Positions 51,040 to 63,903 of a stretch of DNA of 64,000 nt are shown here, piece by piece. The stretch covers positions 160,208,001-160,272,000 of the forward strand of contig OX597815.1 of NCBI GenBank assembly GCA_951406725.2, read 5' to 3'. Made by a program: the position numbers and the translations under genes. This stretch comes from Octopus vulgaris (lineage: Eukaryota). The notes below the pieces were generated by a model. That model had not been told where the DNA came from. It did no database searches and was given only the letters and a program-made list of their open reading frames with translations. The number at the start of each line of letters is the position of its first letter. The stretch's first letter is position 1.

Positions 51040-51484
51040 TAATGAAATCATCTCATTGAGAAAAGTGTAGCTTATATGCTGCTTGTGTAGAAAGTGCCAT
51101 ACTGTATGACTGTGAGATGTGGGCATTGAATTCAGGGTGTGTACAAAGGGTGGAGAGAAATGAAATAAGTATGTTCTGCTCAGTGGCATGTGGCATTTGT
51201 TGTTTTGGGTGTGCTGCTGCCTTGACTGGCTTCTGTGCTGGTGACACATAGAAAGCACCAACTGATTCTGGTTGCTACCAGCCTCCCCTGGCACCTGTGC
51301 CGGTGACACGTAAAAAACACCCACTACACTCACGGAGTGGTTGGCGTTAGGAAGGGTATCCAGCTGTAGAAACACTGCCAGATCAGACTGGAGCCTGGTG
51401 CAGCCTCCTGGCTTCCTAGACCCCAGTTGAACCGTCCAACCTGTGCTAGCACAGAAAACGGATGTTAAACAATGATGATGATGT
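51040..51484 (+). mobile_element. RTE-D fragments and 3' end
   Basis: Remnant LYAACVESAILYDCEMWAL; UTR motifs and (GAT)n tail. Confidence 0.75.
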
Positions 51485-51820
51485 ATGTCATCATTCAGTT
51501 TTATTTCAAGATTGCTCACTAATAGAGAAAGAGCCAGTTTCTAACCTAGATTCAAGGCTCCTTCAGTGAAATTTCAGCAACATCAACAGGGTATTTTTGT
51601 TTGTTTGTATGTGTATGTGCAGATTTGTGTGTGTATGTATGTTTGCATTGTGTGATTGTATGAATGTTTGCAGGTACTTATGCATATAGTCATGTGTATA
51701 GTATGAGGGTAAAGACCCTCTTTGGTCATGAATGACCATGGGATTGCACCTAGAAAGTTACCCTTCGAGACATAAGTCCGGGCAAGGTTGTTTATGGAAG
51801 ACCAGCAGTCATCCATACAT
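51485..51820 (-). mobile_element. Composite SINE-C/R4-c element, 5'-truncated, with 28-bp TSD
   Basis: Colinear with 48981-49312 across the junction; flanked by direct repeats 51457-51484 and 51821-51848. Confidence 0.85.
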
Positions 51821-52029
51821 AACAGACGTTAAACAATGATGATGATGTGTATAACAAAAGTTTTCCATTAAGATTTAGGATTAAACTGAGTAATATTATT
51901 TATAATGAATCTGCCATTTTCGATGGGTGTGCAGCACACACACCTAGCACACCTGGAATATACGCCCCTGGTTCTGTTGGACGAGTAATGTTAGTATGCA
52001 TGGATAACATGGTACTGATGAGCAGAGAG

Positions 52030-52305
52030 ATAAACCTGTAATAAGAAGAATCAGTTGTTGTCTTTATGCTAGAATGAAGGCTGTGTTGGCATAGGCATGT
52101 AATGTGCATGGAGGATAACAAGCTGGTAATGAATTGCCAGGATATTAAAGTGAAAGGAAGTTGTTGGGAAGCAAGGCCAAGTAAGACAGAGGCAGAAATG
52201 ACAAAAGGTAATCTTAGGATGTTGAACTTCACACAAGAATTGACAATAGATAGCGACAAATAAGAAGACAGTGTCTTTAAAAGGACCCTCCGGCCCATGC
52301 AAGCA
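52030..52305 (+). mobile_element. Degraded RTE-D C-terminal fragment
   Basis: RLCWHRHVMCMED; homologous to 12260-12480. Confidence 0.55.
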
Positions 52306-52408
52306 CGAAGAAGCAGAAGTAAAAATGATGATGATGACAATGACCGATATGATAGCGATAATGATGAGAAGATTCTAATTTGTAAAGTTCTACACACACA
52401 CACACACG

Positions 52409-52455
<47 letters not shown>

Positions 52456-53682
52456 CACATACACACACGAGAGGGAGAGGGAGAGAGAGACCTTTGATGT
52501 ATTAGAAAGATTCTTATGATTAAGCTCAATTAATGCTGGTGAACATTGGGATGAATACAACAATTTCATATTTCATTTCTTAGTGGATGGATAATCAATT
52601 GAGAAATGACGAGATAAAACTTTACTAAATCCTAATTTTGATATCATAACTAAAGAAGCCTTAATTGTACAGCTATTCTAAAATGATTTGAGATTGTGTT
52701 AACTACTATGAGATAAACTTTAGATCAATTAAAACGATGCCCATTGAATTACTTTCGATGGTTGAAATATCCTGGATTTTACCGAGCTTGAATAAAATAA
52801 GTTATGCTGAACTAACTCATTGTATTATCTTAGATTAATGCATTCTGGATTGATTTAGCATTGAGTTTATTGTATACAAAATATTGCAAATTGACCATTA
52901 AAAGGAAGGGAGAAGCTCCTTTTGTTCATATGGGACATTCAGGAATCCTCTTCAATAAATTCTCTGAAAAGCTAGAAATAAAACTAAATTCATTAAACTG
53001 TGTTAGACTGCCAAAATTCTATAATTCAACAAGCATATTAGCAGTTTCAGAGGAAGTTTATCAGTTTCTATAGGAAGATAATCAAATCTACATGGAGAGC
53101 TGCTGGACACAAGAAGGGAAAGGAAGAAGGAGAAGGAGGTGGTAAAAAAGAGCATTGGACATTTGAGCAAGGTTTTGTTTCTGAGTGTATTTGTTCAGTC
53201 TTGGATAAAGAATTAGTGGCAATATTTATAACTCTACACAACCTGCAAAGCCAGGCTAGAAGAGCTAGAGGAAAAACTGCATTCAGAATTATTTATCCAA
53301 GATAATTGTATTATAAATGATATGGTTTTGGAGAAAAAGAAATTTTTACGAAAAATCTTATTTCTCTTGAGCAATATGAGAAATTTATGAACAAAAACTG
53401 TTGTATTTTAAGTAGATATTTTTAAATAATGGTTTATTTTTTGCCTTTGGCACATAAGATTACAAAGCAGTTTCATAAAATATATAATAATAAAGTTGTA
53501 ATGCAAAGAAATATTTACACAAACACATACATGCATAAACACACACATATGTATGTATATGTAAACACATGGATGCATACCTCTGTGTGTATATATGTGT
53601 GTGATACATATATATATATACACACACAAACATACAAGAACATATGTATGTATCTGTCTGTCTGTCTGTCTCTCTCTCTCTG

Positions 53683-53722
<40 letters not shown>

Positions 53723-53911
53723 AAACTTACCACTTTGATTGTTCCACCCAACAAGAGATATTTTCAAGTGCAAAATATGATGTGAGGTATTACTTTCATA
53801 TATCAGTATCCTATCATGTGATAAAGCGGTGAGCTGGTAGACTCATTAGCACACCAGGCAAAATGCTTAGCAGCATTTCATCTGTCTTGGTTCTGAGTTC
53901 AAATTCCATTG

Positions 53912-54001
53912 AGGCATGGGGCTTTCCATCTCAGTAGAGGAAGGAACACGCCACAGTTTGCAATGTTTTCTTCCTCAATTGAGATGGAAAGCCCTATGCC
54001 T
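53912..54001. repeat. 90-bp hairpin (mini-MITE-like)
   Basis: AGGCATGGGGCTTTCCATCTCAGTAGAGGAAG pairs with CTTCCTCAATTGAGATGGAAAGCCCTATGCCT. Confidence 0.8.
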
Positions 54002-54329
54002 TTGAAGAATTTGAAGAATTTTTCCTGTCTTCTCAATCACATGATTAAAGGTGCAGTCCCTCTCAACCCTAACTAACAAACAATTAACTGTATTCAGTTC
54101 ACTTCAAAACTAGCCAAATGGGCAGACCCTGAAGAAGCTGCACAGAAAATCATCCCCCGTTGCATGTGCAACTGCCCATACTCTGTGCAGTGGAAACATG
54201 TAGGTTATAACAATCATAAAAATATGCTGTATGAAATTGTAAAATAAGAAGAAATAAATTTTGGGGATGAACAAGTCTCCATATTCCATTTTATTGTAAT
54301 TATTGCTAATGTAAAAATAATACAAAACA

Positions 54330-54635
54330 AAATTGGCACTCTGTCGAGGGCTCCAGCTGATTCGATCAATGAAACAGCTTGCTCATGAGATTAACGTGCA
54401 AGTGACTGGGCACTCCACAGACATGTGTACCTCTTCACATACTTCTCAGGGAGATTCAGTGTGACACAGAGAGTGACAAGGCTGGCCCCTAGAAATACAA
54501 ACACTACTCATTTTTACCAGCTGAGCAGACTGGAGCAATGTGAAATAAAATGTCTTGCTCAAGGACACAACGCATCGTCAGGAATCAAACTCATGACCCT
54601 ACAATCATGAGACAAATACTCAAACCACTAAGCCA
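54330..54635 (-). mobile_element. SINE C-related copy with a different tail
   Basis: CTGGAGCAATGTGAAATAAAATGTCTTGCTCAAG block shared with the other C copies. Confidence 0.65.
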
Positions 54636-54849
54636 ATATATATACACTCCAGGTAATATTACCATCCAGAGAAGTGAACATAGAATTACCCATCAGAGGA
54701 ATTTACAGCATGACCAACAACTAATAGTTGTCATAAACATCAAATACTAATTGATCTGGCTAGCTGTAACCTGAAAGCCACCATGGTGTCCATCCGGATA
54801 ATATATCCATCCAAACTCACATTATATATATATATATATGCATATATGC

Positions 54850-55008
54850 ACAGGAGTAGCTGTGTGGTAAGTAGCTTGCTTACCAACCACATGGTTCCAG
54901 GTTCAGTCGCACTGTGTGGCACCTTGGGCAAGTGTCTTCTACTATAACCTTGGGCCAACTAAAGCCTTGTGAGTGGATTTGGCAGACAGAAACTGAAAGA
55001 AGCCTGTC

Positions 55009-55061
<53 letters not shown>

Positions 55062-55280
55062 CATACATGTGTGTGTGTATGTTTGTGTGTCTGTTCTCCC
55101 CATCATTGTTTGGCAACCAATGCTGGTGTGTTTATGTCCCTGTAACTTAGCGGTTCAGCAAAAGGGTCTGATAGAATAAGTATTAAGCTTACAAAGAATA
55201 AGTCCTGGGTCGATTTGCTCGACTAAAGGTGCTGCTCCAGCATGGCTACAGTCAAATGACCGAAATGAGTAAAAGAATAT
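54850..55280 (+). mobile_element. SINE A, full length, internal (TA)n
   Basis: Head GCTGTGTGGTAAG..GGTTCAGTC; CACCTTGGGCAAGTG; internal (TA)n at 55010-55057; tail GAGTAAAAGA. Confidence 0.9.
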
Positions 55281-55872
55281 ATATAAAAGATCAAAGGTCT
55301 TTTCTAAGCCAGTGGCACATAAAACTGGTTTCCTGGATTCTGTGGCATAATAAAGTCCCCTCTTGCAATTTTATTAATTTTTGCTAATTGAGATTTTGTT
55401 TAAGAACACAATGTATCACCCAGTTAAAAAATTTTTTAAATTTTAAATGCTGTTTTTTTTTTTGTTTTTTTTTTTTTTTTTGCAGAATCAGTATCTCTGT
55501 ACTCGAAAAATGGGGGATTCTGTAAAAAAAAAAACAAAAACAAAACAAAAAGGGCTGCAGTCCACATTCTTTACAATAATGAATGTATGATTTGAGGTAT
55601 TACTTTCATATATTAGTATCCTATCATGTGATAAGATGGTGAGCTGGTAGAATCGTTAGCATACCAGGCAAAATGCTTATCAGCATTTCATCTGTCTTTG
55701 TTCTGAGTTCAAATTTCATTGAGGCATGGGGCTTTCCATCTCAGTAGAGGAAACTACAATAATGAGTACAACACCCTAACCACTTTGCCCTATGCCTACA
55801 CACACACACACATGCATGTATGTCTGGGTATATGTATGTTCTTACGTATGTATGTACATGTGTGAGTGCATA

Positions 55873-56265
55873 TCTCTTCTCTATATATATAAAGCTGAAA
55901 TTGTCTGTGTATGCCAGGTTTGGTAGCCTTCAACTAACACTATCTCCTCTGAAACCCTGCTGTGCAAGTTGACCAAAATTAAAAGTATGATAGAAGGCTT
56001 GCTCTTCCTTCCGTAGAAGAAAAAATTCAAATTGGACCATATTAACACCAAAAATTATTTACATAAAAAACGTGCTTTTTCAATGAAAATCCCTATTTTT
56101 TTACGGTTTTCTGATTGCTGTGTCGCCATTTTTCGGTGTATTTCAACCAGAAAAATGTTCACTTAAAGCGAATAACAAGCTATATAATGCAAAACTTTTA
56201 CTTTTCAAAAATTCCAATTCTAAAGGGTTGAAACAAACCTGAGCAACGCCGAGCAACACTGCTAG
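55873..56265 (+). mobile_element. Non-autonomous Helitron-like element
   Basis: A|TC...TCTATATATATAAAG start; subterminal GC-rich CCTGAGCAACGCCGAGC; CTAG|T end; no TSD. Confidence 0.7.
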
Positions 56266-56692
56266 TTATATTTTAAAGTTAATAATATCTTACATTTAAA
56301 ACTTTATCATCCATTTCTTTACCCTTACAATTTTATTTCAATTAACTTTAATATTTGTTTACATTTAATATAAAAAAAACCCACAAGAACAACAAAAACA
56401 AAACTATTAATGCCAGCAGCAGTAACATTAAGCTACTGGCGCTATAATTTGAAGCAATTAGCCATGACTAACAGCTTGATACAAGGTGCAAGTAAAAGAG
56501 CAATTATCAATATATTCATACTGTTAATATTTGAAAGATAAAGAAGAACAACAACAACAACAAAAAACTCACAAAACACACACATACAGAAACAGAAGAA
56601 TGTTGCAGGGGCATAATTATAAATAGCACCTTTCAATTAAAGAGTAATTGAGTGATATGTTTAGTGAATTAATAATACTGAAAATATTATAT

Positions 56693-56739
56693 TGTGTGTA
56701 TGTGTATATATATGCATACATACACATATACATATATGT

Positions 56740-56796
<57 letters not shown>

Positions 56797-57071
56797 TTTT
56801 TCAGTTTCATTAATTCACTAAAAATTTCATTAAACACACCAGTATGTATGTGTAGGTCTTCATATATATATTCACACGCATACACATATGTACATATATA
56901 TATAAATGTATATATACATATATATATATATATACATAAATGTATGTATATATATATATATATATATACATATACACACGCACACATAACATTTCACTAA
57001 ATACACACACACACATAGGCATATATATATGTATACATATACATATATATGTGTACATATATGTGTGTGTG

Positions 57072-57132
<61 letters not shown>

Positions 57133-57133
57133 G

Positions 57134-57166
<33 letters not shown>

Positions 57167-57421
57167 ATGTATGTATATATGTATATATGTATGTATATAT
57201 ATGTATGTATGTATGTATATATATGTATGTATGTATGTATATATATGTATGTATGTATGTATGTATATATATGTATGTATGTATGTATATATATATATGT
57301 ATGTATGTATATATATGTATGTATGTATATATATATGTATGTATATATGTATGTATATGTATGTCTGTATATATATATATATATGTATATATATACATAC
57401 ACATATATAGACACACACAAG

Positions 57422-57491
<70 letters not shown>

Positions 57492-57509
57492 CACACATGT
57501 ATATATGTG

Positions 57510-57547
<38 letters not shown>
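56693..57547. repeat. Long compound (TA)/(CA)/(TATG) microsatellite region
   Basis: Direct reading; generates all ORFs listed at 56.6-57.6 kb. Confidence 0.95.
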
Positions 57548-58152
57548 ATATTTTTATTTCCTTTTGTAGTTCACAACTGACTTGTTTCACATTTTTAAAA
57601 TGAAATTTTGGTTTTGATTTTCAATGCCGAATATGTAGTGTAAAGTTCTAACATCATTCTTCTCTTACTAATTTTCATCTTCATGCTCACCATTCCCATT
57701 ATCATAATTTTCTTCATTGCCATTTTCCTTGTCACCAGCACCACCTGCAACCAACACCATATTCATATTCATTAACAACACCAGCGACAACGATACCTAC
57801 AACAACAACAACAACAACAGTAATAACAGCAATCAAATCATAACATCCTATGTTACAATAATGAGTCCCTAAATATCTTCTATAGCTTAAAATTAGATTA
57901 TTATGTTTTTTTTTAACAAATCAATTTAATGCAGAATATAATTATCTATCTAAAACAATTTATTATTCAGATCAGAAATAAAAATAACTATTTCTGTAAA
58001 TATGTAACAAAAAAAAAAAGAAGCAAAAATAAATAAATTAATATATTATTAAAGAAGTCATATTAATTAGCTCTTAAACAGCACAGGCTTCTCTATGTGT
58101 TGGAAAAAAAATTAGTGAATCTTTCATGGAAAAGAAAATATGTTTGTATATA

Positions 58153-58200
<48 letters not shown>

Positions 58201-58202
<2 letters not shown>

Positions 58203-58637
58203 GAGTGAGAGAGCAGTGTATGCCATCAAAGTGACACTGGGGTAAAATATACAAAGCCCAGTATACCCATCATGACCACCCGTCTGATAAGGGTACACTA
58301 GGCACATGCATCACCACCATATGTGTGCGACATGGTGATCTCATATCAAGATAAACAGCACATGACCTTGCAGGTGGGGCCCAGTTAGAATTTTCTTCTG
58401 GTAGAGTAGCCCATCCCGCTCAAAAGGTCCCTGAATAAGGGTTGTTTAAGGATGTTGAACGAAAACACCCAAGTTTCCAAAAGTGAATTATTCAAACCCC
58501 AAAGGATCCTTCTCAAGACATGGCTATGATGCTCCCCCCACTACTTCTGCTTGTGATCAGAGATGCACATATCGTCAGCCACTAAGGGACATGCTCAACT
58601 GGTTAAAGTCAAACAACTGACAAGCAAATCTGTGGTT
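58201..58637 (-). mobile_element. Family E retroposon, third copy (more 5'-truncated)
   Basis: Colinear with 3824-4257; (TTA)n on both sides. Confidence 0.9.
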
Positions 58638-58814
58638 TATTATTATTATTATTATTATTATTATCTTTCTTAATAAGAGCCCAGTCTGAATCCTCAGAGT
58701 CTCTCTTCAAAGTACATTTCTCCTTTTAGCTCCTTCTTTGTTGAGAATATTTTCAATGTTTCTTCATTAGTCTTGTTGGTGTTTACAGTTTTCATGTTTG
58801 TGCCTCCAATATTC

Positions 58815-59031
58815 TTTATTCTTTTATTCTTTTACTCGTTTCACTCATTTGACTGTGACCATGCCGGAGCACCGCCTTTAGTCGAGCAAATCGATCCCAG
58901 GACTTATTCTTTGTAAGCCTAGTACTTATTCTATCGGTCTCTACTGCTGAACCACTAGCTAATGGGGATGTAAACACACCAGCATCAGTTGTCAAGTGAT
59001 GTTGAGGAGACAAACACAGACACACAAACAT

Positions 59032-59062
<31 letters not shown>

Positions 59063-59233
59063 CATACATATATACGATGGGCTTCTTTCAGTTTCTGTCT
59101 ACCAAATCCACTCACAAGGCTCTGGTTGGCCCAAGGCTATAGTAGAAGACACTTGCTCAAGGTGCCATGCAGTGGGACTGAACCTGGAACCATGTGGTTG
59201 GTAAGCAAGCTACTTACCACACAGCCACTCCTA
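58815..59233 (-). mobile_element. SINE A, full length
   Basis: Colinear with 54850-55280 in reverse complement; internal (CA)/(TA) repeat. Confidence 0.9.
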
Positions 59234-59259
59234 CAACAATTACAGATAACTCATTCATA

Positions 59260-59660
59260 ATCATCATCTTTTAACGTCCACTCTCCATGCTGGCATGGGT
59301 TGGATGTTTTGACATGGAGCTGGCCAGAAGGGTGCTGTCTGGACTCCAATTGTGTGTTGTGGCAGGATTTTTATAGCTGGATTCCCTTCCTAATGCAAAC
59401 TACTTAGCAGAGTGTGCTGGGCGTTTTTTTTTTATGTGTCACTGTCATGGGTGCATTTATGCAGCACTGATACAGGGGCTTTAATGCAGCACTGACATGA
59501 ATGCTTTTTAAGGGCCATTGGCACCTGTCTGTGTGGAAGACAACAATTTTACTTAACTTGACATTTCTTATCAAGTACAGCAAATTGTCACATCTGGTCC
59601 CTTGTCATTTCTTCAGTGAAGCCTAACATCCAAAGATCCTTTCTTACCATTATGTCTCAA
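59260..59660 (-). mobile_element. RTE-D 3' end, degraded
   Basis: Homologous to 29330-29730. Confidence 0.7.
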
Positions 59661-59835
59661 AGACACTGAAGCTTCAAAGATTGTTTTGGCACAAATGTCA
59701 TTACTGGATTCTATATTTTCTCTTGGATTTTTTTCTTCAGCTTGTGGCCCATTCACAAATGATTTGTAACAGTAGTTGCAGTTGATGGTCTTTCAGTGCC
59801 TGGTTTGTCGTCAATGCTCATTTCCCTTTCTTTAA

Positions 59836-60049
59836 CCCTTTAGCATTCAAATCAGCCATACCTGGCCAAAATATTCTACCTGTTTTATATTGAAACTGGT
59901 CAAATCTGGACCCTCACAACAACCCTACAATATCATTCTAAAGAGTAACCATAAGCTCATCAAAATCTCAAAGCTACAAGATAATGCATGGTTTATTCAA
60001 ATCTATGTGAATAAATAAGCATTACTTTTAATGAAATAATTTGAATGCT
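59836..60049. mobile_element. piggyBac-like MITE, inserted at TTAA in a mariner remnant
   Basis: TTAA|CCCTTTAGCATTCAAAT ... ATTTGAATGCT (right end eroded); the left flank on the minus strand reads KEREMSIDDKPGTERPST. Confidence 0.6.
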
Positions 60050-61369
60050 TCTTCCACTATGCCCATTGCTCTTGTAAATGAGCATGGATGATGAGCTTGT
60101 AGCTTTCTGTGGCTCTAAGAGTGCTTGCTTTCTCTTTTCATAAAGAATTTTGCTTTCAACTTGGAAGAAATTATTTGCTTGCAATTGAGTAATTTAAATG
60201 ACTTATGTCAGGTAAAAGCATGATGTCCACTTTTAATGAGTCAACCTATCAAACACAAACTGGCAGAGACTGAACACAGTGATTAAACCAGATGATGTTG
60301 ATATTGATTGAAATGATGACAATAACAATGGTGATTATGATAATTACAATGCTTATGGTGTAGTATCACCACTATTTACGCGTATAATGATACTTGTTTA
60401 CACTATTACTGTGTAGTAACAATAAAACATATGACGAAGCAGAGTAACAACAAAGTAACAATCCAACAAACTCTCTATGAACTATACACAAACCAATTGA
60501 CAATATTCTCACAAACTACCAAAACAACACCTGACAACTTCCTGAGATTAATGCCTGCTCTGTCTCTCACTCAGACCATTACAATTTATAGCCATTCGGT
60601 CAAGTCTATTCTCACAGGGGATGTTGTGACTCTCACCACAACCGATGGTAATATAGCAAAAAGGGGTTATTTTAAATTGTAATGGTCAAATGAGTGAAAT
60701 CTAGTTCTTCATTCAAATGACTCTTAAATGGTTTCTTTTGTTATTATGAAACAAGAAATTGGAATGCTGTTCATTACTATTTCAATTTTACGACAAGGTA
60801 ATCTACGTAAGAAGCATGGAAGTTTGTCTGGCTAACTTGATATAACGGCACCATTTCCCATTGAATCTTTATAAAATTTGCCTCAAAGGTCTAAATACAC
60901 CCGATAAAAATCCAAAAATAAAAAAAACAATCAAGAGTGAAACTTTCCTTTGCTCAATTCCAAGAGTAAAGCAGAGAGGAGTCAAAAGAAATGTAGAAAG
61001 ATAGTAAGTTGTAATAGAATGGTTGTGGAAGAACAGGGGAACACAGAGTCAAATACAAGTGTTAGTGGGAAGTATAACAAAAACCTGAGATTCAACAGTT
61101 TACAATAAAAAACTCTTATATAATAATAATAACAATAATAACAATAAAGGGTAAAATTAATTAATCAATTTATAATTAATAATCTTACCAAGTAGTTTGG
61201 TATGTTAAAAGTGAGTTGAGAGTATTGCTGTCTGGGAGATATCATATGATAGTAGAACAGTATTTTAACTGCTATTTCTAAATTTCAGTATGTGGTGAAG
61301 CAAATTTGCTAAACCCTAATTATAATTATGTTTATAATTATATAAATTCATGTATATATATATGTATGT

Positions 61370-62045
61370 ATATCTTTGTGTGTTTGTTTGTCCCTCCACC
61401 CATCACTTGACAACTAATGTTGGTGTGTTGTTTACATCTCCATAACTTAGTGGTTTGGCAAAAGAGACCGATAAAATAAGTACTAGGCTTACAAAGAATA
61501 AGCCTTGGGGTTGATTTGTTTGACTAAAAGTGGTGCTCCAGCATGGCTGCAGTCAAATGACTGAAACAACTAAAAGAAAATGTGTGTGTGTGTGTGTGAG
61601 AAAGGTTGAGTTCAATTAGAACATTTTTTACTTTGTTGGGGTCCAAAGTTTGATTTCTAATAAAGATTCTTCATATTAAATTTGTAGCTTACTATTGTGA
61701 CAAGTATTTTATTGAATAAAGTACTTGCAATAGTAGGACTGAACCTGGAACCATGTGGTCGGGAAGCAAGCTTGTTACCACACAGCCACACCTGCACCCA
61801 TCACTGTATTGCCAGACTATTGGATGCTGCTATATACTGCTGGTAGGTACAATAATGTATTTGTTGTATCTTTCAAATGATGCCATATTCCCCCTTGAAT
61901 GGAATGCCAGTCACCCACTTAGAGCTGAGTGCACCGCTCTACAGTTTTTTGCTCAAGAACACAATGCACTGTTGGTCTGGGAATTGAAACCACAATCTTG
62001 TGATTGTGAGTGCAACACCACAATCATTGAGCCATGTGCTTTCAC
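61370..62045. mobile_element. Cluster of SINE A and SINE C fragments
   Basis: A 3' half at 61370-61580 (+), A head at 61735-61797 (-), C head at ~61900-62045 (-). Confidence 0.7.
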
Positions 62046-62172
62046 ACACACACATACAAACACACACACACATGCACACATTTATATATATTAATATTTA
62101 TACTGTACGGTATTATAGCTTAATTTCAGCCAATTATACCAATCAGCTGAAGTGGATCTAGAATACAGTATG

Positions 62173-62460
62173 TCATCATCATCATTTAATGTCCGTTTTC
62201 CATGCTAGCATGGGTTGGACGGTTTTGACTGAGGGCTGGCAACCAGATGGCTGCACCAGGCTCCAGTCTTGATCTGGTAGAGTTTCTACAGCTGGATGCC
62301 CTTCATAACGCCAACCACTCTGAGAGTGTAGTGGGTGCTTTTTAGGTGCCACCTGCACGGGGGCCAGTAAGGCGGTACGGGCAATGACCTCGCTCGAATC
62401 TTTTTACACATGCCACCGATACAGGTGCCAGTGAAGTGACGTTGGTAACGATCACGCTCG
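62173..62460 (-). mobile_element. RTE-D 3' UTR
   Basis: Same motifs as 42925-43160. Confidence 0.8.
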
Positions 62461-63545
62461 TATGTATTGTATAATATTAAATTAGTGACAAATATAAGTG
62501 CCTGTTTTCTCTCAGGGATTTTTAGACAACATATGGATGGTTGGAGATGGATGCATAGACAGATAAATAGATGATAGACAGATAGTATTTTTTGGACTCA
62601 CAGAATTGAAATAAACAATAAACACAGTCTTGAAGTCTCTTTTTGCACCATAGGAGTCTGAAAATAATTTACTTCCTAGATGTGATAGTATTAAAAGTAA
62701 AAACAAAAAATTCACATATGGATTACATAAAAGAGAACTATCAATACATTACAGCTTGTCATATATCATGTCATGTATGTGTAACCAAATCAAAAAAGAT
62801 AACTATATATTTGGTACAGTTATAATGCTGGGTATCATTACTTCTATTCGAATATAATTTAATAATAAAACTAGAAATAATTAGAAAATAAATGAGAAAA
62901 CTTGGCATGATGCAAAAAAATCTTTATTTGATCACCATGTTTTCCGTAAAACCGTTTAAGAATATTGTTATACTTGAGGGTAGACAGTTTTTTTTTTTTT
63001 TTGCCAATTAAACACATGCACTATTTATTTGATCTTCACTTTAGTTTTTACTTGCATTATTTTTAGTTTATATGTCTGTCAAATTTCGTTTGTCACACAA
63101 TCTGTAACTTCATCAGTCACTCTCTGTCTCAAGTATCTCCTTTTGTCCTGCTTATTCCATTTTGCTCTTCTGTGGTATGTACTTCTTTCTGCACATGCAT
63201 TTACATCTGTATGGCCATGTGCATGTGTGTTTAGTATATGTGTGCTGTGTGTGTATAAGAAAATACATAAATATAACAAAGTTTAAGAATATCTAGTTGC
63301 TAAATCTAATACAAGCACAGATTAATATGAAAAAGGACAATTCTTTTCCTACTCTGTTCTATAGTTAACACACACAGATATATATATCTATACACACACA
63401 CAATTTTATGTAGTCGTTCATCAGTTATTTCCAGTCAGAAACTTACTATTGGCTTCATGTCTGCTGGTTGTAGGTACATAACCTCTTAGAGCATGCTTTG
63501 TTTTGACTTAGGACAACTGACTGCACCTTTCTATCTGTCTGTCTG

Positions 63546-63599
<54 letters not shown>

Positions 63600-63675
63600 C
63601 GCATGTGTGTGCATCATATATGTGTGTATATATATGTGTGTGTGTGTGTGTGCATGCATGCGTGTGCATCATATA

Positions 63676-63711
<36 letters not shown>

Positions 63712-63903
63712 CGGTGGCACGTAAAAAGCACCCACTACACTCACGGAGTGGTTGGCGTTAGGAAGGGCATCCAGCTGTAGAAACATTGCCAGATAAGACT
63801 GGAGCCTGGTGCAGCCTTCTGGCTTCCCAGATCCCCGGTCAAACTGTCCAACCCATGCTAGCATGGAGAACGGACGTTAAACGATGATGATGATGATGAT
63901 GAT
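63712..63903 (+). mobile_element. RTE-D extreme 3' end with (GAT)n tail, inserted in (TA)n
   Basis: GTTGGCGTTAGGAAGGGCATCCAG...AACGGACGTTAAAC(GAT)n. Confidence 0.85.

Noticed and set aside
52010-52045. CTGATGA motif as a hammerhead
   Set aside because: No stem II or correctly placed GAAA follows.
51900-52529. 209-aa minus-strand ORF
   Set aside because: Composed of (TG)n and (TCA)n repeats plus the antisense of an RTE-D relic.
55453-55550. Inverted repeat of T-tract-GCAGAATC / GATTCTGT-A-tract
   Set aside because: Mostly homopolymer pairing with only ~8 bp of complex stem; insufficient to call an element.
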